Below, piece after piece: positions 59,353 through 64,000 of a DNA stretch of 64,000 nt. The stretch is taken from assembly GCF_030384885.1 (NCBI RefSeq), contig NZ_CP128613.1. One strand, 5' to 3'. The stretch comes from Escherichia coli (GTDB lineage: Bacteria; Pseudomonadota; Gammaproteobacteria; Enterobacterales; Enterobacteriaceae). Under the pieces are notes generated by a model. That model saw nothing but the letters and a program-made list of their open reading frames with translations, had not been told where the DNA came from and searched no databases. How positions within the stretch are numbered: position 1 is the stretch's first letter; every line of letters begins with the position of its first letter. The translations under genes were made by a program, and so were the position numbers.

Positions 59353-62300
59353 TTAGTCATTTTGTTGACAGAAAACCGCAATCTCCTGGTCTAACTCTGC
59401 AATGTGTTCTTTAACAGAGTTCAGCAACTTAAGAATTTCAGGCTTGCTGTCATCTGAAACGGGCGTTATTTCTAACTGGTGGCTAAGATTAATCAACTTT
59501 TGCAAATTCAGGATGTTAGCCGCACCGTGGATGCGATGAATACACTGATGGAAAGTTCTGTTATCGCCAGCTTCTAACGCATGAAACGCAGCGGGTAGAT
59601 CTTTATGCGTTTCATGCTGGAAAGTCATGAGAATCTCCTGCATCAGTTGTAGATCGTTCGCCGTATTATTTTTCAGGGCCTCGATATCAAGGTGGCGATA
59701 CTGAGGTGCAATATGCGCAACCTGGTGTAACTGACTTAAATGTGTTTTCAGTACATCCAGGGTTAACGGTTTGAACAAACATAAGTTCATGCCGCAATTT
59801 AACCCTTTGTCGCGTTCATTAGCCTGTGCGTTGGCCGTAAGCCCCCAGACGGGTAAAGAATAATGTTGCTCACGGAGTTTGCGGGTCAACTCAAAACCAT
59901 CCATATTCGGCATATTAACGTCAGTAATAAACAGATCATAATGCTGCATACTGACTTTGTGTAGCGCCTGTACACCATCAGAGGCTTCATCAACATCATA
60001 CCCTAATAGGTTTAGCTGGCGTTTGAGTAAAAGTCTGTTTGTCGGATGATCATCCGCGATTAATATGTTTAATTTTTCAGGCAGTGTGACGGGTTGTTCT
60101 GGTTTTGCCTCGACAGTCGCCACTTGCTGGGTAATTTCTACCGGGATTGTGATTGTAAAAGTCGTTCCTATGCCGGGATGACTTTCTAATGACAAATCGC
60201 CCTGCATGTTTTTGATTAATTCTTTGCAGATCATGAGGCCTAAACCAGAACCTGTTTGCTGACGACCTGCTGTTGTTTGGCTATAGCGTTTAAACAGTTG
60301 TTGTTGTTCTTCCTGCGATAATCCGCTTCCGGTGTCCATAATCGTCATTTTGATAACAGCGTGGTAGTCATCAATATGAACCAGGGAAGTCGTAATTTTT
60401 ACTGCCCCCTCGGTGGTAAATTTAAGGGCATTACTCAGTAAATTAGACAGCACCTGCTTAAATGCTTGAGGGTCGATTTTAACCAGGTAGCGTTCAGGAA
60501 GCGTACTGCTGCAATTTAATGCGATGGATTTGCTTGCAGCAATCGCACCGAAAGAATGACAAGTGTTCTGGACTAAAGCAGGGATATCGACCCATTGTGG
60601 TTGAAGTTGATAGTTACCCGATTCAATTTTGTCGACATCAAGGATTTCACCAATTAAGCCGAGGAGCGACTGTCCGGTGGCGTAAGCAAGTGAAATCGCC
60701 TCCACACGTTGCTCCTTGCTAAGACCTGAACCCGACAGAAGTTCCAGGAAGCCCATAATGGAGCTTATTGGTGTTCTTATTTCGTGACTCATTGTTGCCA
60801 GGAACTGGCTTTTTGCGACAGTTGCATTGATAGCTTTATTTCTTTCTACTTCGAGTGCATGAATTAAATCACGCGTCTCGGTAATATCTTGCCAACCACA
60901 AATATATACTGCATTGTCACTTGCAGGTAAATTGCATAATGTATGCCAATGATTAATGCATCTTTTTTCAATACCATTATTAATTTCAAAAACTTGGCTA
61001 TATATTGTTCTGTTTTCTTTTGTTTCTGCTGTGACTTCATGCACATTAGAAAAAACATCTTTAAAGGGGGAGTCACTGTTTTCTAATGGTAACATTGCAT
61101 TTTTGTAGTAATCAGCAGTGAAATAATGTTCAAATGCACTATTGTGACTAATGACATTACCTTGCCAGTTTACAACATAAGTTGGATTCGGTAAGGAATC
61201 CGAGAGTGCTTTCCGGAATGATATTTGGTTTTCTAAATCACCCTGAATTACCTTACGACGACGAACTGAGCGTAACAGGTAGAATCCCCATAAAAGGCTA
61301 CTGCCAACTAATAAAACGGATAAAGTCGTAACAATGTAAAATTGCTCACTATAGAGGTCCCATGTGTCAATGGTCACATTGGGCATTTTGATCCATTTTT
61401 CCGTCAGGCGCAGAACTTCGCTTGGGGGAATTGCATTCAATGCTTTATTAATAATATCCTTAAGTTCTGGTTCTCCGCGAGGAAAAGCGAACGAAAGCGA
61501 TGCATTCTCAACGCCGGGAATAAGAAAATGATAAAGCTCATTAGGATAGTAATGGTCGATCATGTAACGCGAATTTAGCTGTGTCGCGACCAGGGCATCA
61601 AGTTCACCTTCCTTAACCTTGTGAAATGCAGCGCTAGCATTATCGACTTGTATCCACTCAACCTCCGGATACATCTCTTTCAATTGCGAATGAAGCTCAT
61701 AATAATATGGAATGGCAACTTTCATTCCTTTTTTTAAAGTTTGTTCACTATCAGGCGCTTTTTGCATGACGAAAACGTAAGGCGTTGTTATGAATGCTTC
61801 AGCAAATAAAACATTATTTTCTCGATCTTCACTATAAATAGCACCAGGTAAGATATCCCATCCATCGGGATTAAGCTGTGTTCCGGCATGGATATTGTGT
61901 GAAACGGTGATCGGAGAAAATTTTAAACCTGTTTGCAATGTAATAATATTAAGAATATCCCCCATAACGCCCCGAACCGAGCCATTTTCATCAGTCATAG
62001 AATAGGGGGGCGAGTAAGGATTTTCCAGCACCCTTAATTCGGGATGCTGCTTAATCCACAGTTTTTCATGTTCAGTGAGTTCTAATGGTTTGTTCAGAAA
62101 GGCCAGGTTCCCTGTATCAAGCCAATTTTGTGATACTTCATAGCGAACTTCATTTGTTAAAGCATCGACAAATCGATTGAGTACTTCATTAAGAACAACT
62201 GATTCTTTTCTGGTTAAGAAGAAATTATATTGGCGCGGTGTACTATAATAATTTACTACATTTAAGGAGTGAGTAAAATATCGGGAAATCATACTACTGG

Positions 62301-62946
62301 TAATGATGTTACTACCCATAAAGTAATCATTATGTCCGGTAGAAACGGATGCCAATGCCTGATATAAATTTGTAAAAGAGATAATTGTTGCTTTGGGAAA
62401 TGATTGGTGAATTACCTCGTCGGGGGGGTAATTTGCTACTCGCGCAATATTCACTGGTTTCGGCGAGGTTAGCGGTCGCATTGAATCGTGGAGGGTGGTG
62501 ACCAGCGCCGGAAAGGTAATTATCAATGGTTTGGTTGCAGCAATGTCCTCATTAACAGGCGGCGAAGCAACTAAATGTGATAACACGATATCGACTTCAC
62601 CTTCTTCCAGCGCGTCCATTGCTTTTTGATGATTAGGGTATTCCCGGAGTGTTAATTTGATATTTAATGCTTTTTTTAAAAGATTTAAATAATCAGCATT
62701 AATACCACGAACCCGTTGCTGCGAATCGGTATGCAATAATGTCGCTGTTTTTGACTTGTGTACTGCAATCACAAGATTTTTTTTGCTTGCCAGCCAACGC
62801 AACTCCTTGTTGCTCAGACGCAGTGGATCAAGTGTGACACGATTGTTACTACTGATGCCACGATATTCAATGTAATCTTCGTCTGCGAAACTTATAGTCG
62901 ACCAAAGACAACAAGAGAGAAGAAAAAAATAGGTTAAAAACTTCAT
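59353..62946 (-). CDS. evgS: Hybrid sensor histidine kinase EvgS
   Basis: Track ORF trimmed to MKFLTYFFLLSCCLW... giving 1197 aa; two periplasmic binding-protein domains, HisKA, HATPase, receiver and HPt domains. Confidence 0.9.
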   Translation of the reverse strand: MKFLTYFFLLSCCLWSTISFADEDYIEYRGISSNNRVTLDPLRLSNKELRWLASKKNLVIAVHKSKTATLLHTDSQQRVRGINADYLNLLKKALNIKLTLREYPNHQKAMDALEEGEVDIVLSHLVASPPVNEDIAATKPLIITFPALVTTLHDSMRPLTSPKPVNIARVANYPPDEVIHQSFPKATIISFTNLYQALASVSTGHNDYFMGSNIITSSMISRYFTHSLNVVNYYSTPRQYNFFLTRKESVVLNEVLNRFVDALTNEVRYEVSQNWLDTGNLAFLNKPLELTEHEKLWIKQHPELRVLENPYSPPYSMTDENGSVRGVMGDILNIITLQTGLKFSPITVSHNIHAGTQLNPDGWDILPGAIYSEDRENNVLFAEAFITTPYVFVMQKAPDSEQTLKKGMKVAIPYYYELHSQLKEMYPEVEWIQVDNASAAFHKVKEGELDALVATQLNSRYMIDHYYPNELYHFLIPGVENASLSFAFPRGEPELKDIINKALNAIPPSEVLRLTEKWIKMPNVTIDTWDLYSEQFYIVTTLSVLLVGSSLLWGFYLLRSVRRRKVIQGDLENQISFRKALSDSLPNPTYVVNWQGNVISHNSAFEHYFTADYYKNAMLPLENSDSPFKDVFSNVHEVTAETKENRTIYSQVFEINNGIEKRCINHWHTLCNLPASDNAVYICGWQDITETRDLIHALEVERNKAINATVAKSQFLATMSHEIRTPISSIMGFLELLSGSGLSKEQRVEAISLAYATGQSLLGLIGEILDVDKIESGNYQLQPQWVDIPALVQNTCHSFGAIAASKSIALNCSSTLPERYLVKIDPQAFKQVLSNLLSNALKFTTEGAVKITTSLVHIDDYHAVIKMTIMDTGSGLSQEEQQQLFKRYSQTTAGRQQTGSGLGLMICKELIKNMQGDLSLESHPGIGTTFTITIPVEITQQVATVEAKPEQPVTLPEKLNILIADDHPTNRLLLKRQLNLLGYDVDEASDGVQALHKVSMQHYDLFITDVNMPNMDGFELTRKLREQHYSLPVWGLTANAQANERDKGLNCGMNLCLFKPLTLDVLKTHLSQLHQVAHIAPQYRHLDIEALKNNTANDLQLMQEILMTFQHETHKDLPAAFHALEAGDNRTFHQCIHRIHGAANILNLQKLINLSHQLEITPVSDDSKPEILKLLNSVKEHIAELDQEIAVFCQQND

Positions 62947-62950
62947 GTGG

Positions 62951-63565
62951 TTAGCCGATTTTGTTACGTTGCGCAAATGTGTAAAGATCCATCAGTGATT
63001 TACATTCTAATTTTTCCATCAGGCGACTTTTATAAGTGCTGACAGTTTTGTTGCTGATGAACATTTTCTCGGCAATGTCATTGTTATCTTTGCCATCGAG
63101 GATATAGCGCATGACACTAATTTCTTGTTTCGATAAGGAGTCGAGTTTTTGCTGGTCGGACGTTAAACTTCCAACAAATCGATTGAGAGAGAAGGGGAAA
63201 TAGCAGTAGCCATTTTTTGCTGCTTCAATAGCCGCAATGATATTGTTCATGCCCTCTTTTTTACTGACGAATCCATTAGCGCCAGCATCAGCACAATGTT
63301 TCCCGTAAAAATGGTCATTTTTAGCGGAGACGATAATAATAATTCCGCTATATTGGCGCTTCCTCAGTGTTTCTAACACCTGGATACCGTTAACTCCGGG
63401 GATATCGACGTCAATGATGACGATATCAGGCTTAAGTGTTTCCACCCGTTGAACGGCGCTTCCGCCTTCAGTCAACTCGGCTAAGATTTCAATATCGTTT
63501 TTGATCAATAAATTACGAATTGCTGCGATAGCAAGAGGATGGTCATCAATAATTATTGCATTCAT
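62951..63565 (-). CDS. evgA: NarL/FixJ-family response regulator EvgA
   Basis: 204-aa ORF MNAIIIDDHPLAIAAIRNLL... with receiver domain and LuxR-type HTH. Confidence 0.9.
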   Translation of the reverse strand: MNAIIIDDHPLAIAAIRNLLIKNDIEILAELTEGGSAVQRVETLKPDIVIIDVDIPGVNGIQVLETLRKRQYSGIIIIVSAKNDHFYGKHCADAGANGFVSKKEGMNNIIAAIEAAKNGYCYFPFSLNRFVGSLTSDQQKLDSLSKQEISVMRYILDGKDNNDIAEKMFISNKTVSTYKSRLMEKLECKSLMDLYTFAQRNKIG

Positions 63566-63789
63566 AGATTATTCCCTTTGCAATGAAGCATCTCCCTTCT
63601 CCCTGTAGTAATACAGACATAAGGCATCATCTCATTTTCTCAATAAAAATAAGAAAATTTGCGCTTCCTTTAAGATAATTCGGTAAGTATACCATATAAA
63701 TAGTCAGCATAAATAAAATGTCAACAATAAATTCAGGGATAATACCGCTAACTTATAGTTTCAAATGATTACTATAAGGCTTCTCATTA

Positions 63790-63807
63790 ATCCTACAGGC
63801 GTAAGAA
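63790..63807. promoter_or_regulatory. EvgA-box-like inverted repeat in the evgA-emrK divergent promoter region
   Basis: ATCCTACA-GG-CGTAAGAA. Confidence 0.45.
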
Positions 63808-63980
63808 TTGTATTGCAAAAGTCACGGTTCAGTCCTCTGTTGTATCTTCTGCAACTCCTTTAAATTAGGCCTCCAACGTTCCTGGGATAATGTGTAACAC
63901 ATGCACTGTGTTTGATATGAAGAATGAATACTCTTTTCATTCAATTCATAAATTTCATCTATGCGAAATGAGAGATAATA

Positions 63981-64000
63981 GTGGAACAGATTAATTCAAA
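63981..64000 (+). CDS. emrK: First codons of a multidrug efflux membrane-fusion protein gene, truncated by the window end
   Basis: gtg gaa cag att aat tca reads (M)EQINS, consistent with my memory of the EmrK N-terminus; divergent from evgA. Confidence 0.35.

Overview
This window reads as a contiguous stretch of Escherichia coli core chromosome (the ptsHI-crr / cys / xap / glk / evgAS neighbourhood), not an accessory island, and I found no convincing evidence of an undescribed biological system. Every long ORF matches a well-known E. coli protein that I recognise from its translation; I could not run any homology search, so gene names rest on recognition and synteny. Gene order along the window: 3' end of an upstream gene, yfeW-murP-murQ (minus), murR, ucpA, cysPUWA, cysM, yfeK, pdxK, crr-ptsI-ptsH (minus), cysK, cysZ, zipA, ligA, ypeB, yfeH, yfeR, yfeN, xapA-xapB-(small XapX-like ORF)-xapR, the lysV-valY-valX-valU tRNA operon (minus), gltX, yfeD-yfeC, alaX-alaW tRNAs, pdeA(yfeA), nupC, mntH, ypeC, yfeO, glk, fryB-fryC-ypdF-ypdE-fryA, ypdC-ypdB-ypdA, alaC, ypdK, lpxP, yfdY, ypdI, yfdX, frc-oxc-yfdV-yfdE, evgS-evgA and the first codons of emrK. 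The strain is K-12-like but appears to differ from MG1655 as I remember it: no IS186 between nupC and pdeA, no ORF between cysM and yfeK, and a slightly longer ZipA linker. The items most worth a second look are small: a 57-bp direct repeat carrying the tRNA-Lys 3' end and terminator around a 99-bp palindromic insert downstream of lysV; two sub-60-aa ORFs missed by the ORF track (XapX-like, YpdK); EvgA-box-like inverted repeats in the AT-rich yfdX/frc region; and a perfect 15-bp palindrome downstream of yfdX. Coordinates for CDSs follow the supplied ORF track with start codons adjusted by me; in one place (yfeN) my manual base count disagreed with the track by 1 nt, so hand-derived coordinates of small features may be off by about 1.
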